From NCBI GenBank assembly GCA_951406725.2, contig OX597826.1, forward strand, positions 9,610,001-9,674,000: a stretch of DNA of 64,000 nt. Reading direction: 5' to 3'. Source of the stretch: Octopus vulgaris. Lineage: Eukaryota. Below are positions 25,405 to 38,330 of the stretch, piece after piece (within the stretch, counting starts at the first letter, position 1; every line of letters begins with the position of its first letter). A program made the translations under genes and the position numbers. The notes beneath the pieces are model-generated. The model searched no databases. It had not been told where the DNA came from and worked only from the letters and a program-made list of their open reading frames with translations.

Positions 25405-25745
25405 TTCAACAGGTGAATACAAATCATTTGGCAGATCAGGCAGACCTTGTAGCACAACTCTTCAAATCGATCGTATGATTTATGATTCATCATCTTTCTA
25501 TTGTATCTCCATTTGCATCTAGCATTGCCATACAAGCACAGTTGTCAGCAACAGTAGAATACAGCAGGAAGACAATGAGACATCGACTGCAGAAAGACTT
25601 CAACCTAGACTTCGCAAAGCGTCCAATGTGGAATATGAGGTTATCACAAGGGTGAAAAATAAAACTATCTTGGATCATCTGCAATTTGCAGAGATCACAA
25701 GAATTGGACAATGATGGACGGACTTGAAGATAGAACATCTATTGC
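25405..25745 (+). pseudogene. Tc1-like transposase N-terminal (HTH) relic
   Basis: TGEYKSFGRSGRPCSTTLQIDRMI...IVSPFASSIAIQAQLSATVEYSRKTMRHRLQKDFNL matches the Tc1 'RSGRP..T...DR.I' and 'S..T.RRRL' pattern. Frameshifted. Confidence 0.75.
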
Positions 25746-26135
25746 GCAATTTACATCCCTTCATTTCATCACCTGTCAAACTTTTGGCACAATCCTAGGT
25801 GAACACATGGGAGGGTCAGGCAAAATTCATTCGTTATGATACAAGGAAAGGGCATTTCTGCACAGGAAAGAGCTGGGATTTGGATAAAGCCCCAAGATAC
25901 AAAACACACACACATATATATACATAAATAAATGAAGTTTAACGCAGGTGTAATTCAAATTCTTTTACTTCCGGCACATGTTTCGAAGATATCACTGATA
26001 TTATTCCAAAGGAATAAAATGGTGTAAAAAAGGGAGTTACAACCTTTTTACTTATGTGATTTTTTGCTACCCTGCTAACTACTTATCTTGTTTTCTGTGT
26101 TAATTGTTAACAAGGGAAAAATACACGCATTTATT

Positions 26136-26178
<43 letters not shown>

Positions 26179-26559
26179 TAGATAGATAGATAGTTATAGA
26201 TATACATGCGCATGTGCGCACACACATACATACATATATATATAAGGAGAGAGAGAAAGAGAGATAAAACATGACAACCTACTTTTATTTTCCATCTACC
26301 AAATGTATTTACAAGGCTTTGGTCAGCCTAGGGTTGTAGCAGAAAATACTTATTCAAGATATTGTGCAGTGGGACTGAACCCAAAACCACATGGTTGGGA
26401 AGCAAGTCTTTTAATCACACAGCCTTTCCGTGGTCAGTTTGATTGTCCGAGCATGACCACAGTCCAGTAACTGAAGCAACTAAGAGGCAAAAAAGTAATA
26501 AAGGTTCTTCTCAAATTGTCTTTATTTTTTGCCAAGTCAGCAGATTTTAATGCCCATGC

Positions 26560-26596
<37 letters not shown>

Positions 26597-28207
26597 TTTT
26601 ACCTTTTACATGCTTTGGTCATGGTGGGTCACTGCTTTGAAGGGTTTTTAGTTGGACAAATGGACCCCAGGACTGATTGTTTTAAAGCCTGGTACTTATT
26701 CTATTGGTCTCTTTTGCTGAACTGCTAAGTTACAGGGAATAAACAAACCAACACCAATTGTCAAGCTGTGGTGGGGGACAAACACACTCACACACACACA
26801 TACACACACACACTATATATATATATATATCTATATATATATATATATATATATGCATACACACACACATACTTACATACACATGTACATGTTAGCAATA
26901 AAACTGAGTCAAATACTCTGAGTTTCATGTGAGGCACTTATATATTACCATCATTATTTTACACTCCATTTTCTGTGACGGCATGATTTGGGGTGGAGGG
27001 ATTGAGCCTATCCAACCCAGTGCCCTTCTTGTTGGTGAACCCTTTTAGTTGCCTCTCACAACAAAAGAACTATGCATGTATATGTATGTGAGTCTGTAGG
27101 TTGCCTGAATTTTCAGATGTCTGTCAAGGAGCTAAAAGTTATCTATTTCTCTCCACAGTCATCATCATTAGTCTATCAGATTTTAGACTCAGCACAGGTT
27201 AGCAAATGATAAATAACTATTGTTCGGACAGAGTGGTTATTGATCACATGACACTTATCTTTTTGTTTTTCTCTCTGTCTGAATATTGATTTTCTCTCAG
27301 ATAAATAGACTGAACAGAAAGAAGCGGGGGGGAAAAAAATCTAGTGTCTTTATTAATGGGAATTGATCCCTTAAAGTAAGATTTGTGGTAACATATATCT
27401 CTATCGACTGAAATTAACATAGGTGTTGATAAAGGATTACAGAAAAAATTTCCCATAGAATTTACCAATACTGCTGGTTATGGTTCTGTTGATGCTGATG
27501 CTGGTGTTGGGGGTTGTTAGCCTTGGTTGGGTAGTTCTGAGATCAAAAATATTCTAGACATGATTGTCCCCACCACTACCTTCTTTTCAGAGACACAGGC
27601 TTGGGTGTGTGGTTAAGAAGTTTATTTTGCAACCACATGGTTTTCGGTTCAATCCCACTGCACAACAGCATGAGAAAATGTCTTCTACTATAGCCCCCAG
27701 ATTGGCCAATGCAGTATTAGTGAATTTGGTTGATGGAAACTATATGGAAACCCGTCGCACGTGAGTTTGTTTGTTCCCCCACCCATCACTTAACAACCGA
27801 TGTTGTTTTGTTTACATCCCCATAATCTAGTGGTTTGGTGAAAGAGACCAATAGAATAAGTACCAGACTTAAAAAAAAAAAGATAAATGTTGTGGTCAGT
27901 TTGATTGTCCGAGCATGACCACAGTCCAGTAACTGAAGCAACTATGAGGCAAAAAAGTAATAAAGGTTCTTCTCAAATTGTCTTTATTTTTTCCAAGTCA
28001 GCAGATTTTAATTTGGAAAAGGTATTTGGTTGTTATTTCTAACCAGTTGATCAACCACAGAGAGGTTCTCACATTGGTTCCTTTTCACATCATCATCCTC
28101 ATCATCATTTAACGTCTGTTTTCCATGCTGGCATGGGTTGGACAGTTTGAACAGAGCTGGTGAGTGAGAAGACTGTGCCAAACTCTGTCTGGATTAGCAT
28201 GGTTTCT

Positions 28208-28437
28208 TATTTCTTTATTGCCCACAAGGGGCTAAACATAAAGGGGACAAACAAGGACAGACAAAGGGATTAAGTCGATTACATCGACCCCAGTGCGTAA
28301 CTGGTACTTAATTTATCGACCCCGAAATGATGAAAGGCAAAGTCGACCTCGGCAGAATTTGAACTCAGAATATAATGGCAGATGAAATACCGCTAAACAT
28401 TTCGCCCGGCGTGCTAACAATTCTGCCAGTTTGCCAC
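28208..28437 (-). mobile_element. Full-length family B SINE with 19-bp TSD
   Basis: TSD CTGGATTAGCATGGTTTCT at 28189-28207 and 28438-28456. Inserted in an older RTE-tail fragment. Confidence 0.93.
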
Positions 28438-30006
28438 CTGGATTAGCATGGTTTCTGACATTGAAACAATCGAAGATAGGATAAAACTTATTTAAAACAA
28501 AAATAATAATAATAATAATAATAATAATAAGTATTTCTACACTAATAGGCACAAGCACTAATTGGCAGCGTAGTTAAGAAGCTTCTCTCCTTTTCAGCCA
28601 TGTGGTTTCATGTTCAGTCCCACTGCACAGTACCTCGGGCAAATGTCTTCTACTATAGCCCTGGTGACCACTACCTTGTGATTGGATTGGATAGATGGAA
28701 GCCCATTGTGTTTGTGTCTTTGTGTATATGTTTCTCCCATCCCCACCACTTGACAACCAGTGTTGGTTTGTTTACATCCCCATAACTTATCTGTTCGATG
28801 AAAGAGACTGATAGAATATATTCCAGACTCAAAAGATAAGTACTAGGGTCGATTTGTTCACCACTAAACCTTCCAAGGTGGTGCCCCAGCATGGCCAGAG
28901 ATGAGTAAATGAGAGTAGTGATATTAAATCACTAGCAAATTTCAAAAGCTCACATCCTATTTAGGTAGACTGAGTTTACCGTAAAAGAATCCCAGATTGG
29001 AAGTTTTCGCAGGGAATTATCAATTAAGTCAAATGACTCCAACTAGATTCAGATCACCATGACCTCACCTTGTAATATGGGTATTATTGCATTTGGTTAA
29101 AGTATTTGAATAAAATGCCATTTGCTATTTAGCTCTGTGTGTGTGTGTGTGTGTGTTGTTGTTGTTGTAACTATTGTTCAGAGGAGTATACAAAAAGTCC
29201 TGAGCTCATCAGTTTCTTATGAAAACCAGTGAAATAAAAATAACTTACTTGAAAAGAAAAAGGAAAACAACAAAAATGGCATCCTGCCATTGAACACTGA
29301 CTCTCTTTGCCTCATCCACCCCGTGTCAGGATAGGAAAAGACATAAAACGATGTTGATCATCATAATCATCAAAGGAATTTACGGAATGAAATTATAATT
29401 TGAATTTAAATCATGTTTTCAAATAGCTGCAGGAAATTTAATTTGTCTATTGAGTTTCACAATTTAAATTTAATTAACTTTACCATTTATGGGTATTTAC
29501 ATTTCGGATGTAATATGTCTGGAAGAAGAATGATTAACCAGCAATAATATATGAGAAATGAGTGTTAAAAGCACCTTGTTTTGGAAGTCTGTGTCTTTTC
29601 TATACTTCTTTCGTGGTGTGGCTAAGGCACTTGCCATTGCTTGTCCTGCAACAAAGCTCAAACTTCAAACCATCTCTATTATTATTTTGTTTGTCATGGT
29701 ACTGTGTTTGTATGTTAGGCTTCAAAGAGAATATATAGAAGTGCCACTTCAAAGAGAATCAAAAAAAAATGGAAATGTTTTCCTATTGCAAAAAGTGAAA
29801 AGTATTTTCCACAGCAAAAAGTGAAAGTGTTTTCCTTAGTAGAAAGAAAAAAAAGGTGAAAGCGCTTTCCTGACTGAAAAGTGAAAGTTTAATTTATTTT
29901 TTTCATAAAAAGGATAAATGGATCCAATATCTTTAAATAATAGAACTAAAAAAAAAAACAAAGAAGAAGAAAAAAGACTGATAAAGGGCTATACAAATAA
30001 CCATAT

Positions 30007-30037
<31 letters not shown>

Positions 30038-30166
30038 TAGTCCAACCCATGCTAGCATAGAAAACGGACGCTAAACGATGATGATGATGATGATATATAT
30101 ATATATATATATATATATAATGTATATATATATATCATCATCAGTTAGTATCAATATTCTATGCTA

Positions 30167-30201
<35 letters not shown>

Positions 30202-30253
30202 GTATATATATATCATCATCAGTTAGTATCAATATTCTATGCTAGTATATATA

Positions 30254-30285
<32 letters not shown>

Positions 30286-30499
30286 ATGTATGTATGTATG
30301 TACATGTATATCTGAATGTGAAAGCAGATGGAAATATATAGGTAAATAGAGAAGCAGACAAATGGCCGAATAGAAGGACACACTTATAAAGACAGGAAGA
30401 CAATTATATATCAATGCATTTGTTTTTGTACATATATGTGTTTGCGTGCTTTCTGTCGTCACTTAATGCACACACACACACACATCCTCTTTATTCAAG

Positions 30500-32448
30500 T
30501 ACAATGCAATCGCAAATATAATGTGACCCCCATTTTTGATAGTTAAGAATCAATAAAATACTTTACCCCCTTATATAATGTGACCCCCTCCGAGTGCAAC
30601 TATGGTTATTTATACTTTTTAAGAAACCAATAAAATGTTTACTGTAAATGTTAAAACATGAAAATCTAAAATACAAACACTAGAACTGGCAGGGTTCCTG
30701 CTTTTGCTCGGTGATGTTTACTTAAGAGGTATTGAATAATGGCCATTGTTCATAAAATGAGTTGATCAATTAAAAATCATCAAACTCTGATTTATCAATG
30801 TTTCTCAAATCATTCTTTTTGATTTTAGATTTACATAAGTGCCCCGTCCTATCATTTCCTCATCTTTTTCAATCTAAACTTGCCGTTGTGTCTGCAGCTT
30901 TGCATCCAGATCATTCCACAGCAACTTATCTCCTGCTTCAAGCAGATTACTGCTGACGCCAGTCTTTAAAATGCTCCAGTAATGCAATATGTTCTGATGA
31001 AGCATCCTAAGCTAGTTCAAGTTAAATAGCGACAGTAACGAAGCCAGATGTTCTGAGATGATATCCCTGATATCTAGCGCTTCCCTTACTGCCTTCTTCA
31101 ATGGTTTGTTCAGAACATTGAAAGACTGAATAATACCTGAGCTTACAGCATGATGAGTTTTCATATCTTGTAATAAGTGTTTCATTGGATCAGTAAAGTA
31201 AACTCTAAACTGGTCTTACACCAGTTTTGTATTGTTTTTTATGCTTTATGTTGTTTATTCCACACTTATCACAATCATACACCTATGCTTCCCCCCACTC
31301 CACCCAGCTCACCTTTAGGATGGTAGAAAGCAAGCAACACCAAAAGGAAATGCTTGTTCCTTAGGAATTGTCATTGTTTTTAAAATAACCATGGTATTTT
31401 GTTTGGTTCCAGCCAAACTAGGGACACAAATCTTCAGTAAAATGGATTTTTCATGTCCCGTTCTTCTAACACAGTTGTTTTTTTCCTCCCCCTCCCCTGC
31501 TACTTTACCCTGTGGTCTGCTCCCTGGCATATCAAAAATAATGAGCACCTCAGCCATATTCCCAGTGTCACCCACTCCAAAGGCATTCTGCTTTCTCCCA
31601 CTTTTGTATTAAGCTACGGAAACTGCATAATCTCATCAGCCAAATCAGAGGACAGCTTCTTTGAAATTTTTGTTTTCCAACATAGAGCTAGATAATTGCC
31701 TTTTGTAGAATCTCTGGCACCTTCCATCCGAAAATTTGAAAAAGTAATTAACTCTATATTTCCCACCATATTTTCTTTATCATATGACATTAACTTTACA
31801 AACTGTTTTATTATAAAATATCCATCTTTTCTCTTGTCTTTTACCCTATTCACTCAATTCTCTTTCCAGTTCTGGATAGTGAACCTGTTTTGCTGCTTGA
31901 CATTTTCTGCAATTCAGTTTTCTTCTTCTTTTCGTCTCCGTAACCTTAATGTTGTTCTCAGCAAAAAATTTCCTAGAGGCTGTGCAGTTGTTCTTTACAG
32001 CAAATTTCGATTTTGCTCTGTAAGCAATGCGTCTCTTTTTCCCATCCATGCCTGTATTGTGAGGATGCTGACTGGAGATGGTTTTTCTTTTTAAACTACT
32101 AGCATATGTCAGTGTAACTTTCACGTTTTAAACTGTCATCTGTAATCTTTTTAATTAAATAATCATTTTTTTTTTAACAATAGAGTGTAAAGCAATGCAG
32201 CACAAATGGGTCTTCATTACACACACAGTGCTTCAGAGCGGCAGGCAATGAAGTGTATACATTAACCGTTAAATGTTCCACAGATGCTACTTTCAATATC
32301 TTTGTTTTAACGCACTTTGTTGTTGCATTTATTATTGTTATTATTATTAATATTATTATTACTATGTTCATGTACAATGTTATTAGCTCAGTTTTACTCC
32401 CAAATTTTAAAAATACTAAATTGCTTGCCTTGTACACAAAAGCAGTAT
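30500..32448 (-). mobile_element. Decayed pogo/Tigger-family DNA transposon (POGK-like transposase pseudogene)
   Basis: ORF pieces 31846..32124, 31614..31853 and 31315..31575 give KRRIAY..K.KFAV, HYPELERELSE, GNMAEV.I.FDMP, VRRTGHEK and AGTK...MVILK...IPK...FP.GV, an HTH plus DDE_1-type layout. Many frameshifts. Confidence 0.85.
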
Positions 32449-33369
32449 ATATGTGTGCATATATACATGTTCATATACATCTCTCTCTTTCTCTTCATAT
32501 ATATACACACACACACACATACACATACACACACACGTGTGTATGTGTGTAAAGGTAGACAGACACAGGTGTGGCTGTGTGATTAAGAAGTTTACTTTCC
32601 AACCACATGGTTTCGGGTTCAGTTCCGCAGCATGGCACCTTCAGCAAGTGTCTTCTACTACAGGCCTGGGTCAACCAAAGTCTTGTGAGTGGATTTCATT
32701 GACAGAAAATGAAAGAAGCCCTGTGTGTGTGTGTGTGTTAGTGTCCTCTTGATATCATGTGATAGTTGTAAACAAGCGTCAGTGTCATGCAAGCAGTGTC
32801 CTTCACTTCCAGTCTTCCATGAAAATACCTGACCATGGGAAATATTACCTTACTTGGAAACAGATGAGGATTGGCAACAGGTTAGGCATCCAGCTGTAGA
32901 AAATCTAAACAATGATGATGATAGGTAAGAAGTTTCCTTCCCTACCACATAGTTCCAGGTTCAGACCCACTGCCTGGCACCTTGGGCAAGTATCTTCTAC
33001 TATAGCCTCAGGCTGACCAAAGCTTTAGGAGTGGAGTTGGTAAAGGGGAAACTGAAAGAAGCCCATTATATATGTGTGAGTGTTTGTCCTCCACCACTGC
33101 TTGAGAACCAGTTTTGGTGTGTTTACATCCCTGTAACTTAGCAGTTCAGCATAAGAGACCGATAGAATAAGTACTGGGATTGATTCATTCACGTAAAATT
33201 CTTCAAGGCAGTGCCCCAGCATGGCCACAGTTCAAATGACTGAAACAAGAATAAGCTGAGAAATAAAGATGCTTTTTATCCATAACTGTCCATTGAAATC
33301 ATTTTGTTATAACTTATCGGTCTTAAATATCCCAAGTCAGTTACAGAAGTGGCAATATTTGCAAAACTC

Positions 33370-33575
33370 AAGGTGGCGAGTTAGTAGAAGCGTCAGCATG
33401 CCGGGCGAAATGTTTAGCGGTATTTCGTCTGAGTTCAAATTCCGCCAAGGTCGACTTTACCTTTCGATTTTTTGGGGATCAATAAATTAAGTACCAGTTG
33501 CATACTGAGTCAATCTAATCGGCCAGCCCCCTCCCCCAAAATTTCAGGCCTGTGGCCTAGAGTAGAAAAGAATAT
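33370..33575 (+). mobile_element. Family B-related SINE with alternative tail
   Basis: Family B head and core followed by CCCCTCCCCCAAAATTTCAGGCCT..AGTAGAAAAGA. Probable TSD ATATTTGCAAAACTC on both sides. Confidence 0.8.
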
Positions 33576-34271
33576 TTGCAAAACTCTGACTTGTAACAGA
33601 CCATAATCTCAGCACTACAATAAAAGTTTCCATACTATGTCTATACGAAATACTTGTTTTTCATTTGTTTCTCAACCAAAACACACACATAAACGCTTTT
33701 TCTCTCCCATTTAAAAACCTTTCGCGCTGCAACAGAATATTTACAGAAAGAGACATTGTCACAAAAAGCATAACAAAGGTACACAAAAGATTATCGCATT
33801 TGCCTACAAACTTGAAACATAAAGTGTTGGAACAAAGCATACTTGAAAGCATTTTGTCAAACGAATGCTCCGATGATTCTGCCAGTCAACTGCTCTGGAC
33901 TGAAACCTCATTTCATCAACCCTCAGACTAGTGACAGGGAAGCTGACCTCAATGTTATTTGAACTCTGAATGCTAAGAACTGCAACAGATACCACAAGGC
34001 ATTTTGCCTGATGCTCTAACAACTCTGCCAGTAACCTGCTTTTCTAAATAGCTGCAAGTGTGCTCATATGCACACAACACATATACATACAGTCACACAC
34101 ACACACAGCCACATACACACACAGGATGAGCGCTTTTGAAGATAAAAGGCAATTTGATCTTAATAGAGGATGGAAAACACACAAACATGTATGCGCACAT
34201 TTTTTTTTATAATTCATTCTTAAACTTGGATACTGTTCATTATTTCCTGTGATTCAAAGGATATTTCATTG

Positions 34272-34749
34272 TCATCATCATCATCGTTTAACATCCACTT
34301 TCCATGCTGGCATGGGTTGGATGGTTTGAATGAAAACTGGTGAACTGGAAAGCTGCACCAGGTTCCAGTCTGATTTGGCAGGGTTTCTCTGGCTGGATGC
34401 CCTTCCTAATGCCAACCACTCCAAGAGTATAGTGGGTGCTTTTTACATGCCACCAGCATAGGTGCCGGGCATATATCATCATCATCATCATCGTTTAACG
34501 TCCGTTTTCCGCGCTAGCACGGTTCGACCGGGGTCTGAGGAGCCAGGGGCTGCTCCAGGCTCCAGTCTGATCTGGCAGTGTTTCTACAGCTGGATGCCCT
34601 TCCTAACGCCAACCACTCCACGAGTGTAGTGGGTGCTTTTTACGTGCCACCTGCACAGGTGCCAGAGGGGTCTGGCATCGGCCACGATCGGTTGGTGCTT
34701 TTTATGTGCCACCGGCACAGAAGCCAGTTGAGGCGGTGCTGGCATCGGC

Positions 34750-34752
<3 letters not shown>
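34272..34752 (-). mobile_element. Two adjacent RTE LINE 3' UTR fragments
   Basis: (CAT)n tails at 34272 and 34476, each followed by the same UTR sequence as 23301-23490. Confidence 0.88.
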
Positions 34753-34800
<48 letters not shown>

Positions 34801-34866
34801 CTGAGTAAACACATAAATGTGAAACAAAGTGGAAAAAAGAGTACTCAAATACCAGTGGTAGAGTAA

Positions 34867-35040
34867 TATGCTATATTTAAAGCATCAGAAAATTCAACAA
34901 AACCTGTTACTCTGAGTTTCCCGTTGCCGTTCATCGGACAGTTTTTGCTAGAATTCTAGCAAAAACTGTCCGATGAACGGCAACGGGAAACTCAGAGTAA
35001 CAGGTTTTGTTGAATTTTCTGCTGCTTTAAATAAAGTATA
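34867..35040. repeat. Long palindrome (perfect from 34886 to 35021, centre GAA|TTC at 34953/34954)
   Basis: Arms compared base by base. No spacer; mismatches only in the outer ~20 bp. Confidence 0.97.
34966..35003 (+). ncRNA. Minimal type I hammerhead ribozyme-like motif (mirror copy on the minus strand at 34904-34941)
   Basis: CTGT-CCGATGA-aCGgcaaCGg-GAAA-CTCaGAG-TA-ACAG: stem I CTGT/ACAG, core with U4>C, short stem II with GCAA loop, quasi-palindromic stem III, GUA cleavage triplet. Confidence 0.65.
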
Positions 35041-36247
35041 TATATATATATATATATAGATTTATGTATGAGAATACATCCCCCTCACACACGCATAAAC
35101 ACAAACATAAATATATATATTGAGAGAGGTGTATCTATCTGTATACACACACACTCACATATATATATATATACATTGATAACTATGTAGGTATGTGTGT
35201 GTGTGTGCATATACTTATAAATATACATGTGTGTGTACACAGATACACACACACACGTGTGCGGTGTCTGTATATCCATGAGTGTGCGTATGCCCCTTTC
35301 AGATTTCCCGATTTTCCTCGCCGTGCTAGACACAGACACACACACAGATGCAAACACACGATGCACACACACTTGTCGTTCGTTGTTGTTGTTGGTTGAA
35401 GTGTTGATGTTTATATAATATCTCTCTTTGCATGTTGTGTCAATATGGTGCTGCTGGAATTTCACAGAGTGCTGCAACATGATAATGTCATAACTGCAAA
35501 CATCAATTGAGTGAAATAGTTGCAATGTCTGTAATATTGATTTATGCACGTTCGGAGTATTTTCGTGCCTGTGTATGACCAAATTGTCTTTTGTCTCCTC
35601 GTGCGTCTGTCCTGCATACACATGCATATGCGTTTGCGTGCGTGTGTGCTCTTGTATCTCTCTGTATGTGTTGTGTGTATGTCGTGTGTTTGCAGCTAAA
35701 ACGAAGTACATTTTATTTAAGTATTCATTCAATCGAGATGTTAATCACCCGTGATGCCAAACCAAACAAGTAAAAGATGAACACTTCTGCGAGATCAGCC
35801 GGTTTGCTAGAAATAGCAACCAAATCTCGTTCATATTGTACTCGGCTAACTTTTTACTTTTTAAAAAAGAAAGGGAACTGCACGGGTAAAAGAAATAACA
35901 GAATGGTCACGGCTGGAGCGTCATTGATTCTGCTAGGACTAATTTGTTAGTAAAGGCTAACATCTTAGATCTAAACATCAACAAACATTGAATACAAAAC
36001 TCAAATGTACCGTACTATATATATATATATATCCGCCTACTCCCCTCCTCTGCCGCCAAACGAACCAGATTAATTTGTTATTGTTGTTGTTGTTGTTGAG
36101 CCGACACACATGCACAGACAGAACCATCGAATGCCATTTAGTATTATCACATACAACCACTGACTCCCCCCCCTTATCAAACGGTTTAACAGGCGAAATA
36201 CTTGCGGCAGACAGTCACTGTCGTTGGAAATACATCGTCTGCACAAG

Positions 36248-36304
36248 ATGCGGCCGGATCGTGCCAATGTGTACATTCCTGACTTTTCGAAAATATCTCT
36301 CAGA
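36248..36304 (+). other. Candidate first coding-exon segment (MRPDRANVYIPDFSKISLR) ending at a GTGAGT donor
   Basis: Non-repetitive CpG-rich stretch (36100-36304) with ATG at 36248 and AGA|GTGAGT at 36304/36305. No recognisable homology. Confidence 0.22.
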
Positions 36305-36479
36305 GTGAGTAACTCATATATATATATACATATATATATTTTGTGCGTGCGTGTGTGTGTGTGTGAGTGCGCGTATGTATGCAGGGTAAATCAAATAGTT
36401 TTGAATTTTATATATTGTTGTAAAGTTGCATAAATATTGTTTCAAATTTCATATATATTATAAATTTTATATGTATGTA

Positions 36480-36534
<55 letters not shown>

Positions 36535-37879
36535 ACACTCGCATATATATACACGCATATGTGTAAATGTTGTCTTAAATTATGTATACATGCATACATA
36601 TACGTGTGTGTCTGTGTGTGCGTGCATGTGTGTGTGTGTGTCTGTCTGTCTGTCTGTGCGCGCGCGCACAATGGTAAATTCATGTATTCGATACTGGAAT
36701 ATTTTGATTTTTTTAGTGTATACAAGAGCAATATTTATAGAAGCGAGGTATAATCGATAGCAATCATGCGAGGCTGTTTATTATTATTATTATTATTATT
36801 ATTGTTATCATTAGTATTATTATTATTATACTTTTCATTTTAATATCATTCCAATATACACCATGACTAGTAATCACAGGTAATCACTGATATTTTAATT
36901 AATTCTGGACTGACGGAAACCAAAGTCTGTGACAGTAATGTGCTGGAATAATGTTTTTGAAGACTTGAAGTAGTCCGTATATTCTAAAGTGAGTTTTTCT
37001 CGAAATTGCGTGTCAGCACATTAACGTTAAATACACACATACATTATTCTTTACGCACATACATTTACGACTGTGTCAGCACATATGTTGAATATACACA
37101 CAGATATTATTCTTCGTGCACGCGCAACACTTCTACAATACACAAACAAAAACGCGCACACGTACACACCACACACTACACAACGACATTCTTCAGTATT
37201 ACACGCATGGTTAACATGCAACAAACATGCATTATATATGCCTATAAAATCGCATTACGCGAGCCCCTACATGCCCTCACAAAAACACACTCACACCATC
37301 ACGAAGAGAGGGAAAGTGTGAGTGATTGAATGAGTTTTATGGATGTGTGTAAAGTTGTTGGTTTTTACTACGGTTGCTTCTATGTTTCAAAATCCATTCA
37401 TGAAATTTGCTGGAGGAATGCCCATAGTTCAGCCAATCATCGTCTCTCTACTCACACTCCAACGTATTACCAACTCGTTCTTTTCCCCATTTACTGCTCT
37501 TTTCTGTTCCCTTCATTTACTTTCTCTCTGTGTATATTCCCTCTTTCTATACCTCTTCTTAGTTCTCTCTTTACACTCTTATTCTCTCTACATCTCTCTC
37601 TGTCTAGCAATCTGTCCAGCTCTGCCTCTCCTCCCCTTCTCTTTGTTTCCCCTCTCTCAGTAATCTATATTCGCTGTCCTCTTAAATTGTTTACCCCCCT
37701 TTCTCCATCTCACCATTTACTGACCTCTATTCTAACCCCCCTCTCTCTATATTCTCTCTCTCTTTCTCTCTCGTATCTCTCTACACTCGTTACTCTCTGT
37801 CGTCGTCGACACCCTTTTCCTTCACTCGTCCTCTCTCTTTCTACCTATCTCATTGTCGTAATAAATTATAAGGGAAGAT

Positions 37880-38330
37880 GTCTGGCCGGTTCCCGGACCC
37901 CGCATAAATACTTACTCACCGACTTGGATTTATTTAATTCTATGGAACTAAGTTTTTAAAACTCGCATATATTATTACACACACACACACACTCACACAC
38001 ACACACTACAAAATTATGTGTAGTTTCTCTCATGCTGCCTGGCCGCAAGCGGCTGTGTGCTCAGCTTGAACCTGCCTACCGTCGCCACCGCATTCACCAT
38101 ACACAAACTCTCTACTACTATATATATTCTCTCTCTCTTTCTCTCTCTCCTTCTCTCCCTCCCCTCCTCTCTTTCTCGTTCGGACAGATCACTTATAGTC
38201 TGTCTGTGTGTGTTTTGAAAGAGAGAGAGAAAGATAAAAGAAAATGAGTCTTTTGATTAAAGATCGGTGTCAGCAAGTCGACTGTGGATGGCAATTTGCG
38301 GCAACTTCACTCACAACAACCTGAGGTATT
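37880..38330. promoter_or_regulatory. Candidate promoter / divergent first-exon region
   Basis: GC/CpG-rich unique patches around a (CT)n tract. Minus-strand donor TCG|GTGAGTAAGT at 37920/37919 and weaker plus-strand donor GAG|GTATTT near 38326. Confidence 0.3.

Noticed and set aside
30994-31030. CTGATGA core
   Set aside because: No downstream GAAA or stems, and it lies in the pogo relic. The minus-strand CTGATGA near 29206-29212 likewise lacks a partner half.
35085-35732. Longest ORF in the window (215 aa)
   Set aside because: Built from (CA)n/(TA)n/(CAA)n low-complexity sequence; no domain.
37330-37959. 209-aa hydrophobic ORF resembling a membrane protein
   Set aside because: Leu/Ser/Phe richness comes from the pyrimidine tract. 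The same holds for 53642..54115 and 54417..54875.
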